The notes beneath the pieces were generated by a model, which saw nothing but the letters and a program-made list of their open reading frames with translations, was not told the DNA's origin and searched no databases. A stretch of DNA of 64,000 bases, taken from Escherichia coli. GTDB taxonomy: Bacteria; Pseudomonadota; Gammaproteobacteria; Enterobacterales; Enterobacteriaceae. Position numbers and translations under genes: made by a program. This document shows, in pieces, positions 23,223 to 37,953 of the stretch (within the stretch, counting starts at the first letter, position 1; each line of letters opens with the position of its first letter). The stretch is from assembly GCF_041886205.1 (NCBI RefSeq), contig NZ_CP169029.1; one strand, written 5' to 3'.

Positions 23223-24013
23223 TCGGTCGACTGCTTCGCGGCGGTTTTATGACCGCTATCTACGCGTACCTGTATATCCCAATCATTATTTTGATTGTGA
23301 ACTCCTTTAACAGCTCGCGCTTTGGCATCAACTGGCAGGGTTTTACCACCAAATGGTATAGCCTGCTGATGAACAACGACAGCCTGTTACAGGCAGCGCA
23401 GCATTCACTAACAATGGCGGTGTTTTCGGCAACATTTGCTACGCTTATCGGTTCACTGACGGCAGTTGCGCTGTACCGTTATCGCTTTCGTGGTAAGCCG
23501 TTCGTTAGCGGAATGCTGTTTGTGGTGATGATGTCACCAGATATCGTGATGGCGATTTCGCTGCTGGTACTGTTTATGCTGCTGGGAATTCAGCTTGGCT
23601 TCTGGTCGCTGCTGTTCTCTCATATCACCTTCTGCCTGCCATTTGTGGTGGTGACGGTGTATTCGCGCCTGAAAGGTTTTGACGTGCGGATGCTGGAAGC
23701 GGCGAAAGATCTCGGTGCCAGCGAATTTACCATTCTGCGAAAAATCATACTGCCACTGGCAATGCCAGCGGTGGCGGCGGGCTGGGTGTTAAGCTTTACC
23801 CTGTCGATGGACGATGTGGTAGTTTCTTCGTTCGTCACCGGACCAAGTTATGAAATTCTGCCGTTAAAAATTTATTCGATGGTCAAAGTCGGCGTATCGC
23901 CGGAAGTTAACGCGCTGGCAACCATATTACTGGTGCTGTCGCTGGTGATGGTTATTGCCAGTCAGCTTATTGCTCGTGATAAAACGAAAGGTAACACAGG
24001 GGACGTTAAATGA
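23219..24013 (+). CDS. potC: Spermidine/putrescine ABC permease PotC
   Basis: ORF; 4-bp overlap with potB. Confidence 0.93.
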   Translation: MIGRLLRGGFMTAIYAYLYIPIIILIVNSFNSSRFGINWQGFTTKWYSLLMNNDSLLQAAQHSLTMAVFSATFATLIGSLTAVALYRYRFRGKPFVSGMLFVVMMSPDIVMAISLLVLFMLLGIQLGFWSLLFSHITFCLPFVVVTVYSRLKGFDVRMLEAAKDLGASEFTILRKIILPLAMPAVAAGWVLSFTLSMDDVVVSSFVTGPSYEILPLKIYSMVKVGVSPEVNALATILLVLSLVMVIASQLIARDKTKGNTGDVK

Positions 24014-25056
24014 AAAAATGGTCACGCCACCTGCTCGCGGCGGGTGCTCTGGCACTGGGCATGAGCGCCGCTCACGCCGATGACAACAACACGCTGTATT
24101 TCTACAACTGGACCGAGTACGTGCCGCCAGGACTGCTTGAACAGTTCACCAAAGAAACCGGTATTAAGGTTATCTATTCGACTTACGAGTCGAACGAAAC
24201 CATGTACGCCAAGCTGAAAACGTACAAAGACGGTGCGTATGACCTGGTGGTTCCTTCAACCTATTACGTCGATAAAATGCGTAAAGAAGGGATGATCCAG
24301 AAGATCGACAAGTCGAAGTTAACGAACTTCAGCAATCTCGATCCAGACATGCTCAACAAGCCTTTTGACCCGAATAACGACTACTCCATTCCGTATATCT
24401 GGGGTGCGACGGCGATTGGTGTTAACGGTGATGCGGTGGATCCGAAATCTGTCACCAGCTGGGCCGATCTGTGGAAGCCAGAGTACAAAGGCAGCCTGCT
24501 GTTGACCGACGATGCCCGTGAAGTGTTCCAGATGGCGCTGCGTAAGCTGGGCTATTCCGGTAACACCACCGATCCGAAAGAGATTGAAGCTGCATATAAC
24601 GAGCTGAAAAAACTGATGCCAAACGTCGCAGCGTTTAACTCCGATAACCCGGCTAACCCGTACATGGAAGGCGAAGTTAACCTCGGCATGATCTGGAACG
24701 GTTCTGCTTTCGTTGCACGCCAAGCGGGTACGCCTATTGACGTGGTGTGGCCGAAAGAAGGCGGCATATTCTGGATGGACAGCCTGGCGATCCCGGCAAA
24801 TGCCAAAAACAAAGAAGGCGCGCTGAAATTGATCAACTTCCTGCTGCGCCCGGATGTGGCAAAACAGGTTGCTGAAACTATCGGTTATCCAACGCCAAAC
24901 CTTGCGGCGCGTAAGCTGTTAAGCCCGGAAGTGGCGAACGATAAAACGCTCTACCCGGATGCTGAAACCATTAAAAATGGTGAATGGCAGAATGACGTTG
25001 GCGCAGCCAGCAGCATTTATGAAGAGTATTATCAGAAGCTGAAAGCAGGACGTTAA
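24010..25056 (+). CDS. potD: Periplasmic spermidine/putrescine-binding protein PotD
   Basis: 348-aa ORF with signal peptide. Confidence 0.95.
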   Translation: MKKWSRHLLAAGALALGMSAAHADDNNTLYFYNWTEYVPPGLLEQFTKETGIKVIYSTYESNETMYAKLKTYKDGAYDLVVPSTYYVDKMRKEGMIQKIDKSKLTNFSNLDPDMLNKPFDPNNDYSIPYIWGATAIGVNGDAVDPKSVTSWADLWKPEYKGSLLLTDDAREVFQMALRKLGYSGNTTDPKEIEAAYNELKKLMPNVAAFNSDNPANPYMEGEVNLGMIWNGSAFVARQAGTPIDVVWPKEGGIFWMDSLAIPANAKNKEGALKLINFLLRPDVAKQVAETIGYPTPNLAARKLLSPEVANDKTLYPDAETIKNGEWQNDVGAASSIYEEYYQKLKAGR

Positions 25057-25063
25057 TTCAGCA

Positions 25064-25095
25064 AGCGGGCGGTGGTATTACCGCCCGTTTTTTAT
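25064..25095 (+). terminator. potD intrinsic terminator (GGGCGGT...ACCGCCC followed by T7)
   Basis: Seen in sequence. Confidence 0.7.
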
Positions 25096-25170
25096 TTAGC
25101 AAGGATGTGGCTAATGAGTCAGGACAGTAAAGTTTTATCCCGCTCTTTCGTCGGTATTGTGGTCCCCTTG

Positions 25171-25200
25171 TAGGCCTGATAAGCGTAGCGCATCAGGCAA
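25171..25200. repeat. REP (repetitive extragenic palindrome) unit GCCTGATAAGCGTAGCGCATCAGGC
   Basis: Canonical REP sequence. Confidence 0.8.
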
Positions 25201-25211
25201 TGCTTCCTGCT

Positions 25212-26033
25212 TTATAAGCCCTTCAGCAACTTTTCAACAAATTCTGGCACCACCTGACTTGCCGGGCCGTAATATTTCTCGGCAAATTCATTACCGACCT
25301 GACTTGGTTCGAGATTCAGTTCCACGGTGTGCGCGCCATGCAGTTTCGCTTCGTGAACAAACCCAGCCGCCGGATAAACATGCCCGGAAGTACCAATGGC
25401 AATGAAAATATCGGCCATCGACAACGCCATATAAATTTCATCCATGCCGAGCGGCATCTCACCAAACCATACTACGTGTGGACGTAGCGGTGCCGGGAAC
25501 TGGCAGCAATGGCATTTATCTTCTGGGGTAACGTCTCCGGTCCAGTCGAGAACCTGACCACTTTGTGAACAACGAACTTTCAGCAGTTCCCCATGCATAT
25601 GAATGACATTGGTATTACCTGCGCGTTCATGCAGGTTGTCTATATTCTGCGTCACCAGCAAAAAGCGATCGCCGAGAGCATCTTGCAGTTTAGCCAGCGC
25701 AAGATGCGCGGCGTTAGGCTGAATTTCTGGCTGCTGCAGCTGTCGACGACGGGCGTTATAAAACGCTTGCACCAGTTCAGGATCGCGATCGAAACCTTCC
25801 GGCGTTGCCACATCTTCAACCCGATGTTCTTCCCACAGGCCATCTGCGGCGCGAAAGGTACGAATACCTGATTCCGCAGAAATTCCTGCCCCTGTCAGTA
25901 CGAGTACTCTTGGTTTTTCCATTGCTTCCGGCACCACTTTATCTCTGAAAAAAATACGCTGACGCAAACGCTCGCGCAGGCGGCGTTTATTTTTACGAAA
26001 ACGACTTAACCGATGACCCCGACGCGACAGCAT
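25212..26033 (-). CDS. cobB: NAD-dependent protein deacylase CobB (sirtuin)
   Basis: 273-aa ORF. Confidence 0.93.
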   Translation of the reverse strand: MLSRRGHRLSRFRKNKRRLRERLRQRIFFRDKVVPEAMEKPRVLVLTGAGISAESGIRTFRAADGLWEEHRVEDVATPEGFDRDPELVQAFYNARRRQLQQPEIQPNAAHLALAKLQDALGDRFLLVTQNIDNLHERAGNTNVIHMHGELLKVRCSQSGQVLDWTGDVTPEDKCHCCQFPAPLRPHVVWFGEMPLGMDEIYMALSMADIFIAIGTSGHVYPAAGFVHEAKLHGAHTVELNLEPSQVGNEFAEKYYGPASQVVPEFVEKLLKGL

Positions 26034-26048
26034 AGCAACCTCTGTTGT

Positions 26049-26960
26049 TTAATCGGTTAGATGTAGGAAGGCCGCACCACGCATTCCTCCCGCATCACCG
26101 TGGCGCGCGCGTTCAATGCGCGGAACACGAGCTACAGGTAAGAGATGACGAGGCAGCCTGTCCGCCAGTTGCGTTGTGATTGCCGGGAAATTCGATAAGC
26201 CACCACCAATGACGACCAGGTCAGGGTCAACAATGGTCAGGATATTTCCCAGACAAACCGCTAATAAATCCAGATAACGCTCAACGTGCGCCCTTGCCTG
26301 CTCATCGCCTTGATTATAAAGCGCAATAATTTCGGGAGCCTGCAACTGTTGATGATAATAGTGTTGATACAGCCACGCAAAACCGCGACCAGACAGATAA
26401 TTCTCAATGCAGCCATGCTGACCACAGCCGCAGCGGCGTAACGGGAAATCCAACCCCATCATGGTTAACGCATCAACCGGCAGACGCATATGGCCAAACT
26501 CGCCGGTAATGTAGCTTTTACCGGTAATCGGTTTGCCGTTGAAAATCAGCCCGCCGCCAACGCCGGTGCCGAGAATCAACCCCATCACCAGTGGATATTG
26601 AGTAAATTCATCATCCCAGGCTTCTGAAAGGGCAAAACAGTTGGCATCGTTATCAAGGCGTACATCGCGATCAAGACGTGCGCTCAGGTCGGCACGCAGC
26701 GGTTTACCGCTGGCAGCGGGGACATTGGCGGCATACAGCGTACCATCTTCTGTTTCCGGCATTCCCGGAATACCGATGCCGACAGAACCTTTACAGCCAA
26801 AACGTTGGTCAGCTTCAGCTACCAGCTCACACACTGCATCTAAAAATGCGTCATAGCTGTCACGCGGTGTCGGCACCCGCTTTTCCCACTGCAACTGCCG
26901 ACCGCTATCAAACACGCCAAGCGCAATTTTTGTTCCACCAATATCAAACCCGTAATACAT
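26049..26960 (-). CDS. nagK: N-acetyl-D-glucosamine kinase NagK
   Basis: ORF; start at [15 protein letters not shown]. Confidence 0.93.
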   Translation of the reverse strand: MYYGFDIGGTKIALGVFDSGRQLQWEKRVPTPRDSYDAFLDAVCELVAEADQRFGCKGSVGIGIPGMPETEDGTLYAANVPAASGKPLRADLSARLDRDVRLDNDANCFALSEAWDDEFTQYPLVMGLILGTGVGGGLIFNGKPITGKSYITGEFGHMRLPVDALTMMGLDFPLRRCGCGQHGCIENYLSGRGFAWLYQHYYHQQLQAPEIIALYNQGDEQARAHVERYLDLLAVCLGNILTIVDPDLVVIGGGLSNFPAITTQLADRLPRHLLPVARVPRIERARHGDAGGMRGAAFLHLTD

Positions 26961-26988
26961 TGCCGCTCCTTGTTTTAATGTACTGCCT

Positions 26989-30237
<3,249 letters not shown>

Positions 30238-30387
30238 TCAATCGGCTAAATTGCCATGTTTTATCATCAATCTTGCCGCCTGATCTTAATCTGAAAAATC
30301 ATCCAATACAGACAGATACCCATTACACCTCGGGTCATAACCCACAGGATCAACCGCATGTAAATTAAAAAAGAGCATGTTGTCCTG

Positions 30388-31461
30388 ATGAAACAAAAAG
30401 AGCTATGGATTAACCAGATCAAAGGGTTATGTATTTGTCTGGTAGTAATTTATCACTCGGTCATTACCTTTTATCCGCATCTGACCACTTTTCAGCATCC
30501 GTTATCGGAAGTCCTGAGCAAATGCTGGATCTATTTCAATCTTTACCTTGCCCCCTTTCGTATGCCGGTTTTTTTCTTTATATCCGGCTATTTGATTCGC
30601 CGCTATATCGACAGCGTACCATGGGGAAATTGTCTCGATAAACGGATCTGGAACATCTTCTGGGTGTTGGCGCTTTGGGGCGTGGTGCAGTGGCTGGCGT
30701 TAAGTGCGCTGAACCAGTGGCTGGCACCTGAGCGCGATTTAAGCAATGCCTCCAATGCCGCTTATGCCGATTCCACCGGTGAGTTCCTGCACGGGATGAT
30801 CACCGCCAGCACCAGCTTGTGGTATCTGTATGCGTTAATTGTCTATTTCGTGGTATGTAAAATTTTTAGCCGTCTGGCGCTGCCACTATTCGCCTTGTTT
30901 GTACTGCTGAGTGTGGCGGTTAATTTCGTTCCCACGCCGTGGTGGGGAATGAACAGTGTGATCCGCAATTTGCCTTATTACAGCCTTGGCGCATGGTTTG
31001 GCGCAACAATAATGACCTGTGTTAAAGAGGTGCCGTTGCGCCGCCATCTGCTGATGGCTTCTTTGCTTACCGTTCTGGCGGTCGGTGCCTGGTTGTTTAC
31101 TATCTCGCTTCTGTTGTCGCTGGTATCGATTGTGGTGATCATGAAGCTATTTTATCAATACGAGCAACGTTTCGGTACGCGCTCCACCAGCCTGCTGAAT
31201 GTGATAGGCTCCAACACCATTGCTATCTACACCACCCATCGCATTCTGGTTGAAATATTCAGCTTAACTCTGCTTGCGCAAATGAACGCGGCACGCTGGT
31301 CGCCGCAAGTCGAACTGACACTCCTGCTGGTTTATCCCTTTGTCAGTTTGTTGATTTGTACTATTGCGGGCTTGCTGGTAAGAAAACTTTCACAGCGCGC
31401 ATTCAGCGATCTGTTGTTCTCCCCGCCTTCACTGCCCGCTGCCGTCAGTTACTCCCGCTAA
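30388..31461 (+). CDS. ycfT: Inner-membrane acyltransferase-family protein YcfT
   Basis: 357-aa multi-TM ORF; synteny. Confidence 0.85.
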   Translation: MKQKELWINQIKGLCICLVVIYHSVITFYPHLTTFQHPLSEVLSKCWIYFNLYLAPFRMPVFFFISGYLIRRYIDSVPWGNCLDKRIWNIFWVLALWGVVQWLALSALNQWLAPERDLSNASNAAYADSTGEFLHGMITASTSLWYLYALIVYFVVCKIFSRLALPLFALFVLLSVAVNFVPTPWWGMNSVIRNLPYYSLGAWFGATIMTCVKEVPLRRHLLMASLLTVLAVGAWLFTISLLLSLVSIVVIMKLFYQYEQRFGTRSTSLLNVIGSNTIAIYTTHRILVEIFSLTLLAQMNAARWSPQVELTLLLVYPFVSLLICTIAGLLVRKLSQRAFSDLLFSPPSLPAAVSYSR

Positions 31462-31588
31462 ACCATCGCCCCAGCCGGGGCGATTCAATTTGCTAAACCA
31501 TGTCGATTACGGATAATGAACAGCATTGCTTATCAGAGATATGCCCCCATATGTTGAGGCATATCCTAACGAGAATCTGACAACCGTT

Positions 31589-34500
31589 ATGCCTGAACAA
31601 TATCGTTATACGCTGCCCGTCAAAGCGGGTGAGCAGCGTCTGCTGGGCGAGTTAACCGGCGCTGCCTGCGCGACGCTGGTGGCGGAAATTGCCGAACGTC
31701 ACGCCGGACCAGTGGTGCTTATTGCGCCAGATATGCAAAATGCTCTGCGTTTGCATGATGAAATCAGCCAGTTTACCGATCAGATGGTGATGAATCTGGC
31801 GGACTGGGAAACTCTTCCCTACGACAGTTTTTCGCCTCATCAGGACATTATCTCCTCGCGCCTTTCCACCCTTTACCAGCTACCGACGATGCAGCGTGGC
31901 GTACTGATTGTTCCGGTGAATACGCTTATGCAGCGCGTTTGCCCGCACAGTTTTCTCCACGGTCATGCGCTGGTGATGAAAAAAGGTCAGCGCCTGTCAC
32001 GAGATGCATTACGAACCCAACTGGACAGCGCCGGTTATCGCCATGTTGACCAGGTGATGGAGCACGGCGAATACGCCACGCGCGGCGCGTTGCTGGATCT
32101 CTTCCCGATGGGAAGTGAGCTGCCTTATCGTCTTGATTTCTTTGATGATGAAATCGACAGCCTGCGGGTGTTTGACGTCGACAGCCAGCGCACGCTGGAG
32201 GAAGTAGAAGCGATCAATCTGCTGCCCGCGCACGAATTTCCGACCGATAAAGCGGCAATTGAACTGTTCCGCAGCCAGTGGCGCGATACCTTCGAAGTGA
32301 AGCGCGATCCGGAACATATTTACCAGCAAGTGAGTAAAGGCACATTACCTGCCGGGATCGAGTACTGGCAGCCATTGTTCTTCAGCGAACCGCTGCCGCC
32401 ACTGTTCAGTTATTTCCCTGCCAATACCTTGCTGGTGAATACTGGCGATCTGGAAACCAGTGCCGAACGTTTCCAGGCTGACACTCTGGCGCGTTTTGAG
32501 AATCGCGGCGTCGATCCGATGCGCCCACTGTTGCCACCACAATCGCTCTGGCTGCGGGTGGACGAGCTCTTCTCAGAGCTGAAAAACTGGCCCCGGGTGC
32601 AGCTAAAAACTGAACATTTACCGACCAAAGCCGCGAATGCCAATTTAGGTTTCCAGAAACTGCCAGACCTGGCCGTTCAGGCACAACAAAAAGCACCGCT
32701 GGATGCGCTGCGTAAGTTCCTCGAGTCTTTCGACGGTCCGGTGGTGTTCTCGGTAGAAAGTGAAGGTCGCCGTGAAGCGCTGGGTGAACTGCTCGCGCGA
32801 ATTAAAATTGCTCCGCAACGCATTATGCGTCTTGATGAAGCCAGCGACCGTGGGCGTTATCTGATGATTGGCGCTGCCGAACATGGTTTTGTCGATAAGG
32901 TGCGTAACCTGGCGCTGATCTGCGAAAGCGATCTGCTCGGTGAACGTGTTGCCCGCCGTCGTCAGGATTCTCGCCGCACCATCAACCCCGATACACTGAT
33001 CCGCAACCTCGCGGAGCTGCATATTGGCCAGCCGGTGGTCCATCTGGAGCACGGCGTCGGTCGCTATGCCGGAATGACCACGCTGGAAGCTGGCGGCATT
33101 ACCGGCGAGTACCTGATGCTCACCTATGCCAACGACGCCAAATTGTATGTTCCGGTGTCGTCACTGCATCTGATTAGCCGTTACGCAGGTGGCGCGGAAG
33201 AAAACGCCCCGCTGCATAAACTTGGCGGCGATGCGTGGTCACGCGCGCGGCAGAAAGCGGCGGAAAAAGTGCGTGATGTGGCAGCAGAATTGCTGGATAT
33301 CTACGCGCAACGCGCCGCCAAAGAGGGCTTCGCGTTTAAACACGATCGTGAGCAGTATCAGTTGTTCTGCGACAGCTTCCCGTTTGAAACCACGCCGGAT
33401 CAGGCACAGGCCATTAATGCGGTACTTAGCGACATGTGTCAGCCGCTGGCAATGGATCGTCTGGTGTGTGGCGATGTTGGCTTTGGTAAAACAGAAGTGG
33501 CGATGCGCGCCGCTTTCCTGGCAGTAGATAACCACAAGCAGGTGGCGGTGCTGGTGCCTACCACCCTTCTCGCGCAGCAGCATTACGACAACTTCCGCGA
33601 CCGTTTCGCCAACTGGCCGGTACGTATCGAAATGATCTCCCGTTTCCGCAGCGCCAAAGAGCAGACGCAAATCCTTGCGGAAGTAGCGGAAGGGAAAATC
33701 GATATTCTGATCGGTACGCACAAACTGCTGCAAAGTGACGTCAAGTTTAAAGATTTAGGCCTGCTGATTGTCGATGAAGAACACCGCTTCGGGGTGCGTC
33801 ATAAAGAGCGCATTAAAGCGATGCGCGCGAACGTGGATATTCTGACGCTTACTGCAACGCCGATCCCACGCACGCTGAATATGGCAATGAGCGGAATGCG
33901 TGACCTGTCGATTATCGCCACGCCGCCCGCCCGTCGTCTGGCAGTTAAAACCTTTGTCCGTGAGTATGACAGCCTGGTGGTCCGGGAGGCGATCCTGCGT
34001 GAAATTTTGCGCGGGGGGCAGGTTTATTATCTCTACAATGATGTGGAAAACATCCAGAAAGCTGCCGAACGGCTGGCAGAACTGGTGCCTGAAGCACGGA
34101 TTGCCATCGGTCACGGGCAGATGCGCGAGCGCGAACTGGAACGGGTGATGAATGATTTCCATCATCAACGTTTCAACGTGCTGGTTTGTACCACCATTAT
34201 CGAAACCGGGATCGACATCCCGACAGCCAACACCATTATCATTGAACGTGCGGATCACTTCGGTCTGGCGCAGCTGCACCAGTTACGCGGTCGCGTCGGA
34301 CGTTCACATCATCAGGCATATGCATGGCTGCTGACGCCGCATCCAAAAGCGATGACTACCGATGCACAAAAACGTCTTGAAGCGATTGCCTCGCTGGAAG
34401 ATCTCGGTGCAGGCTTTGCGCTGGCAACGCACGATCTGGAGATCCGCGGCGCGGGTGAACTGCTTGGCGAAGAACAAAGTGGCTCAATGGAAACCATCGG

Positions 34501-35035
34501 TTTCTCGCTGTATATGGAGTTGCTGGAAAACGCCGTCGATGCACTGAAAGCCGGACGCGAGCCGTCGCTGGAAGATCTCACCAGCCAGCAAACAGAAGTC
34601 GAGCTGCGGATGCCGTCGCTATTGCCAGATGATTTCATTCCTGACGTGAATACGCGTTTGTCGTTCTATAAACGTATTGCCAGCGCCAAAACGGAAAACG
34701 AACTGGAAGAGATCAAAGTCGAGCTTATCGATCGCTTCGGCCTGCTGCCGGATCCGGCGCGTACCCTGCTGGATGTTGCCCGTCTGCGCCAGCAAGCGCA
34801 GAAACTGGGGATCAGGAAGCTGGAAGGTAATGAGAAAGGCGGGGTGATCGAATTTGCCGAGAAGAATCACGTTAATCCGGCCTGGTTGATTGGTTTGCTG
34901 CAAAAACAGCCGCAGCATTACCGCCTTGATGGTCCGACGCGCCTGAAATTTATTCAGGATTTGAGTGAGCGGAAAACGCGTATCGAATGGGTACGCCAGT
35001 TTATGCGTGAACTGGAAGAGAACGCGATCGCTTAA
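31589..35035 (+). CDS. mfd: Transcription-repair coupling factor Mfd
   Basis: 1148 aa from MPEQYRYTLP; helicase motifs GDVGFGKTEVA and DEEHRFG. Confidence 0.97.
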   Translation: MPEQYRYTLPVKAGEQRLLGELTGAACATLVAEIAERHAGPVVLIAPDMQNALRLHDEISQFTDQMVMNLADWETLPYDSFSPHQDIISSRLSTLYQLPTMQRGVLIVPVNTLMQRVCPHSFLHGHALVMKKGQRLSRDALRTQLDSAGYRHVDQVMEHGEYATRGALLDLFPMGSELPYRLDFFDDEIDSLRVFDVDSQRTLEEVEAINLLPAHEFPTDKAAIELFRSQWRDTFEVKRDPEHIYQQVSKGTLPAGIEYWQPLFFSEPLPPLFSYFPANTLLVNTGDLETSAERFQADTLARFENRGVDPMRPLLPPQSLWLRVDELFSELKNWPRVQLKTEHLPTKAANANLGFQKLPDLAVQAQQKAPLDALRKFLESFDGPVVFSVESEGRREALGELLARIKIAPQRIMRLDEASDRGRYLMIGAAEHGFVDKVRNLALICESDLLGERVARRRQDSRRTINPDTLIRNLAELHIGQPVVHLEHGVGRYAGMTTLEAGGITGEYLMLTYANDAKLYVPVSSLHLISRYAGGAEENAPLHKLGGDAWSRARQKAAEKVRDVAAELLDIYAQRAAKEGFAFKHDREQYQLFCDSFPFETTPDQAQAINAVLSDMCQPLAMDRLVCGDVGFGKTEVAMRAAFLAVDNHKQVAVLVPTTLLAQQHYDNFRDRFANWPVRIEMISRFRSAKEQTQILAEVAEGKIDILIGTHKLLQSDVKFKDLGLLIVDEEHRFGVRHKERIKAMRANVDILTLTATPIPRTLNMAMSGMRDLSIIATPPARRLAVKTFVREYDSLVVREAILREILRGGQVYYLYNDVENIQKAAERLAELVPEARIAIGHGQMRERELERVMNDFHHQRFNVLVCTTIIETGIDIPTANTIIIERADHFGLAQLHQLRGRVGRSHHQAYAWLLTPHPKAMTTDAQKRLEAIASLEDLGAGFALATHDLEIRGAGELLGEEQSGSMETIGFSLYMELLENAVDALKAGREPSLEDLTSQQTEVELRMPSLLPDDFIPDVNTRLSFYKRIASAKTENELEEIKVELIDRFGLLPDPARTLLDVARLRQQAQKLGIRKLEGNEKGGVIEFAEKNHVNPAWLIGLLQKQPQHYRLDGPTRLKFIQDLSERKTRIEWVRQFMRELEENAIA

Positions 35036-35181
35036 TGGTAAATCGGGGGCGTTTCTGCGCCCCCATCTGCAACATTTACAAATTCTTTGCACTTCCCTGC
35101 ACTATCCGACACTGTCACCATCCATAATTCAGGCTTATCTGTTTATTACAATAACCTTATATTTATTATGGATTTTTGGTG

Positions 35182-36198
35182 ATGATCAAAACGCGTTTTT
35201 CTCGCTGGCTAACGTTTTTTACGTTCGCCGCTGCCGTGGCGCTGGCGCTACCGGCAAAAGCCAACACCTGGCCGCTGCCGCCAGCGGGCAGTCGTCTGGT
35301 TGGCGAAAACAAATTTCATGTGGTGGAAAATGACGGTGGTTCTCTGGAAGCCATCGCCAAAAAATATAACGTCGGCTTTCTCGCTCTGTTACAGGCTAAC
35401 CCTGGCGTTGATCCTTACGTACCGCGCGCGGGTAGCGTGTTAACGATCCCGTTGCAAACCCTACTTCCAGATGCGCCGCGCGAAGGCATTGTGATCAATA
35501 TTGCGGAGCTGCGTCTCTATTACTACCCGCCGGGTAAAAATTCGGTAACCGTGTATCCAATAGGTATTGGTCAGTTAGGTGGTGACACGCTGACACCGAC
35601 AATGGTGACCACCGTTTCAGACAAACGTGCAAACCCAACCTGGACGCCAACGGCAAACATCCGAGCCCGTTATAAAGCACAGGGAATTGATTTGCCTGCG
35701 GTGGTTCCGGCTGGACCGGATAACCCAATGGGTCATCATGCGATTCGTCTGGCGGCCTATGGCGGCGTTTATTTGCTTCACGGTACGAACGCCGATTTCG
35801 GCATTGGCATGCGGGTAAGTTCTGGCTGTATTCGTCTGCGGGATGACGATATCAAAACACTCTTTAGCCAGGTCACTCCAGGTACCAAAGTAAATATCAT
35901 CAACACCCCGATTAAAGTCTCTGCCGAACCAAACGGTGCGCGTCTGGTTGAAGTACATCAGCCGCTGTCAGAGAAGATTGATGACGATCCGCAGCTGCTG
36001 CCAATTACGCTGAATAGCGCAATGCAATCGTTTAAAGATGCAGCACAAACTGACGCTGAAGTGATGCAACATGTGATGGATGTCCGTTCCGGGATGCCGG
36101 TGGATGTCCGCCGTCATCAAGTGAGCCCACAAACTCTGAAAATCCTGGATAAAAAAAATCCCCGCGACACGGCATGTCGCGGGGAAAATCAGCAGTAG
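35182..36198 (+). CDS. ldtC: L,D-transpeptidase LdtC (YcfS)
   Basis: ORF with signal peptide and YkuD-type catalytic region (HGT...SSGCIRL). Confidence 0.9.
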   Translation: MIKTRFSRWLTFFTFAAAVALALPAKANTWPLPPAGSRLVGENKFHVVENDGGSLEAIAKKYNVGFLALLQANPGVDPYVPRAGSVLTIPLQTLLPDAPREGIVINIAELRLYYYPPGKNSVTVYPIGIGQLGGDTLTPTMVTTVSDKRANPTWTPTANIRARYKAQGIDLPAVVPAGPDNPMGHHAIRLAAYGGVYLLHGTNADFGIGMRVSSGCIRLRDDDIKTLFSQVTPGTKVNIINTPIKVSAEPNGARLVEVHQPLSEKIDDDPQLLPITLNSAMQSFKDAAQTDAEVMQHVMDVRSGMPVDVRRHQVSPQTLKILDKKNPRDTACRGENQQ

Positions 36199-36221
36199 CA
36201 GGCATTAATGAGGGTTAATGC

Positions 36222-36479
36222 TTATTTATAAATTACTGCTGTTCCATGGAGGGTATTCGGACCGGTTACAGAAGTAATACGGAAAGATTTTGCGCCCATC
36301 TCATCCGCTTTTTGCGCCAGCTGCTCTTCCAGCGATCCCAGATTTGTCCCCGCGTTAGCACTGATAGTACCGACTTTTTGTTGGCCTTCTGGCGTTGACT
36401 GAACTTCGACAGCCGCAAAGCTGGCAAATGACATGGAGCTTAAAATCGCCGCAGCGATGAGGGTTTTTACGTTTTTCAT
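36222..36479 (-). CDS. bhsA: Multiple stress resistance protein BhsA (YcfR)
   Basis: 85-aa ORF with signal peptide. Confidence 0.9.
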   Translation of the reverse strand: MKNVKTLIAAAILSSMSFASFAAVEVQSTPEGQQKVGTISANAGTNLGSLEEQLAQKADEMGAKSFRITSVTGPNTLHGTAVIYK

Positions 36480-36719
36480 AATAGTGGCCTTATGCAGATG
36501 AATGACGTCGCAAGCAATTACTTAACGATCGATAACTAAATGATAGATGTGATCTGGATCACATACAAGATATTTTTTATAACAATCATTAATTAATTTA
36601 AAAATCTTTAAATTTCAGTTAAATAGAAAGCAATTATTTTTATGGGGTCTGGACTGGTGAACGGAGGTGATTATTTTTATAATAACCTTTCATTCACAGT
36701 CACCAGGTACAACGGCATC

Positions 36720-37352
36720 ATGGCAACTGACTCAACACAATGTGTAAAAAAAAGCCGTGGCCGCCCAAAAGTGTTCGACAGGGATGCCGCGCTTGATAAG
36801 GCCATGAAATTGTTCTGGCAACACGGTTATGAAGCGACTTCTCTTGCGGACCTCGTCGAAGCGACCGGAGCCAAAGCGCCCACGCTATACGCGGAATTTA
36901 CCAACAAAGAGGGGTTATTTCGTGCCGTTCTCGACCGCTATATCGATCGTTTTGCCGCTAAGCATGAAGCACAGCTGTTTTGTGAAGAGAAAAGCGTGGA
37001 GTCTGCGCTGGCTGACTATTTTGCTGCCATCGCCAACTGCTTTACCAGCAAAGACACCCCGGCAGGCTGCTTCATGATCAACAACTGCACCACCCTCTCC
37101 CCGGATTCTGGAGATATCGCCAATACGTTGAAATCACGCCATGCGATGCAAGAACGCACTTTGCAGCAGTTTTTATGTCAACGACAAGCGCGCGGGGAAA
37201 TCCCGACCCACTGTGACGTGACACATCTGGCAGAATTCCTTAATTGTATTATTCAGGGGATGTCAATCAGCGCACGCGAAGGTGCATCGCTGGAAAAACT
37301 GATGCAGATTGCCCGAACGACTTTGCGTTTATGGCCGGAACTGCTGAAATAA
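36720..37352 (+). CDS. comR: TetR-family repressor ComR (YcfQ)
   Basis: ORF; 210 aa from internal Met. Confidence 0.85.
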   Translation: MATDSTQCVKKSRGRPKVFDRDAALDKAMKLFWQHGYEATSLADLVEATGAKAPTLYAEFTNKEGLFRAVLDRYIDRFAAKHEAQLFCEEKSVESALADYFAAIANCFTSKDTPAGCFMINNCTTLSPDSGDIANTLKSRHAMQERTLQQFLCQRQARGEIPTHCDVTHLAEFLNCIIQGMSISAREGASLEKLMQIARTTLRLWPELLK

Positions 37353-37413
37353 GTCGCAAAAAAAGCCCCTCAGCCTGAGCGAATGAGGGGCTAAATTGCA
37401 GAGTACAGCCTTG

Positions 37414-37953
37414 TTATACTTTGTTATTCAAAATCAGTTGCCCGTTGCTATCTAGCGGGATCTGCGTACCCGGATCGCGGTCCATGCGGATTTTGCCCTG
37501 CTGATCGCCAATCTTATAGGTCACATCATAACCGAGCATTTTTTCTGACTTGTCATACACCGTTTTACAACGCTGTTGCGTAGTCGTGTAAGTATCGCTT
37601 TCCTGGAGAGAGCCCTGGATCTGGTTACCGGCATATCCACCACCCAGCGCCCCCACAACAGTAGCAACATCTTTACCGCGACCACCGCCAAACTGATGCC
37701 CTATCACGCCACCAGCAACAGCGCCGAGCACCGACCCGGTAATGCGATTTTCATCCTGCACCGGTCGACGATGGGTCACTGTGACGTTGCGACACTCCTG
37801 ACGCGGTGTTTTAACCGTTTCCTTGATTGGGGTTGCAGAAACAACCTGAGCGTATTGCGGGCCACGTTCAAACACGTTCAGACTGGCCACTGCCGCTACG
37901 CCCAGCGCAGCTGCGACACCAATCCCGATACCCGCCAACATTGATTTATTCAC
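37414..37953 (-). CDS. ycfJ: YcfJ, glycine-zipper membrane protein
   Basis: ORF; probable GTG start giving 179 aa. Confidence 0.8.
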   Translation of the reverse strand: MNKSMLAGIGIGVAAALGVAAVASLNVFERGPQYAQVVSATPIKETVKTPRQECRNVTVTHRRPVQDENRITGSVLGAVAGGVIGHQFGGGRGKDVATVVGALGGGYAGNQIQGSLQESDTYTTTQQRCKTVYDKSEKMLGYDVTYKIGDQQGKIRMDRDPGTQIPLDSNGQLILNNKV

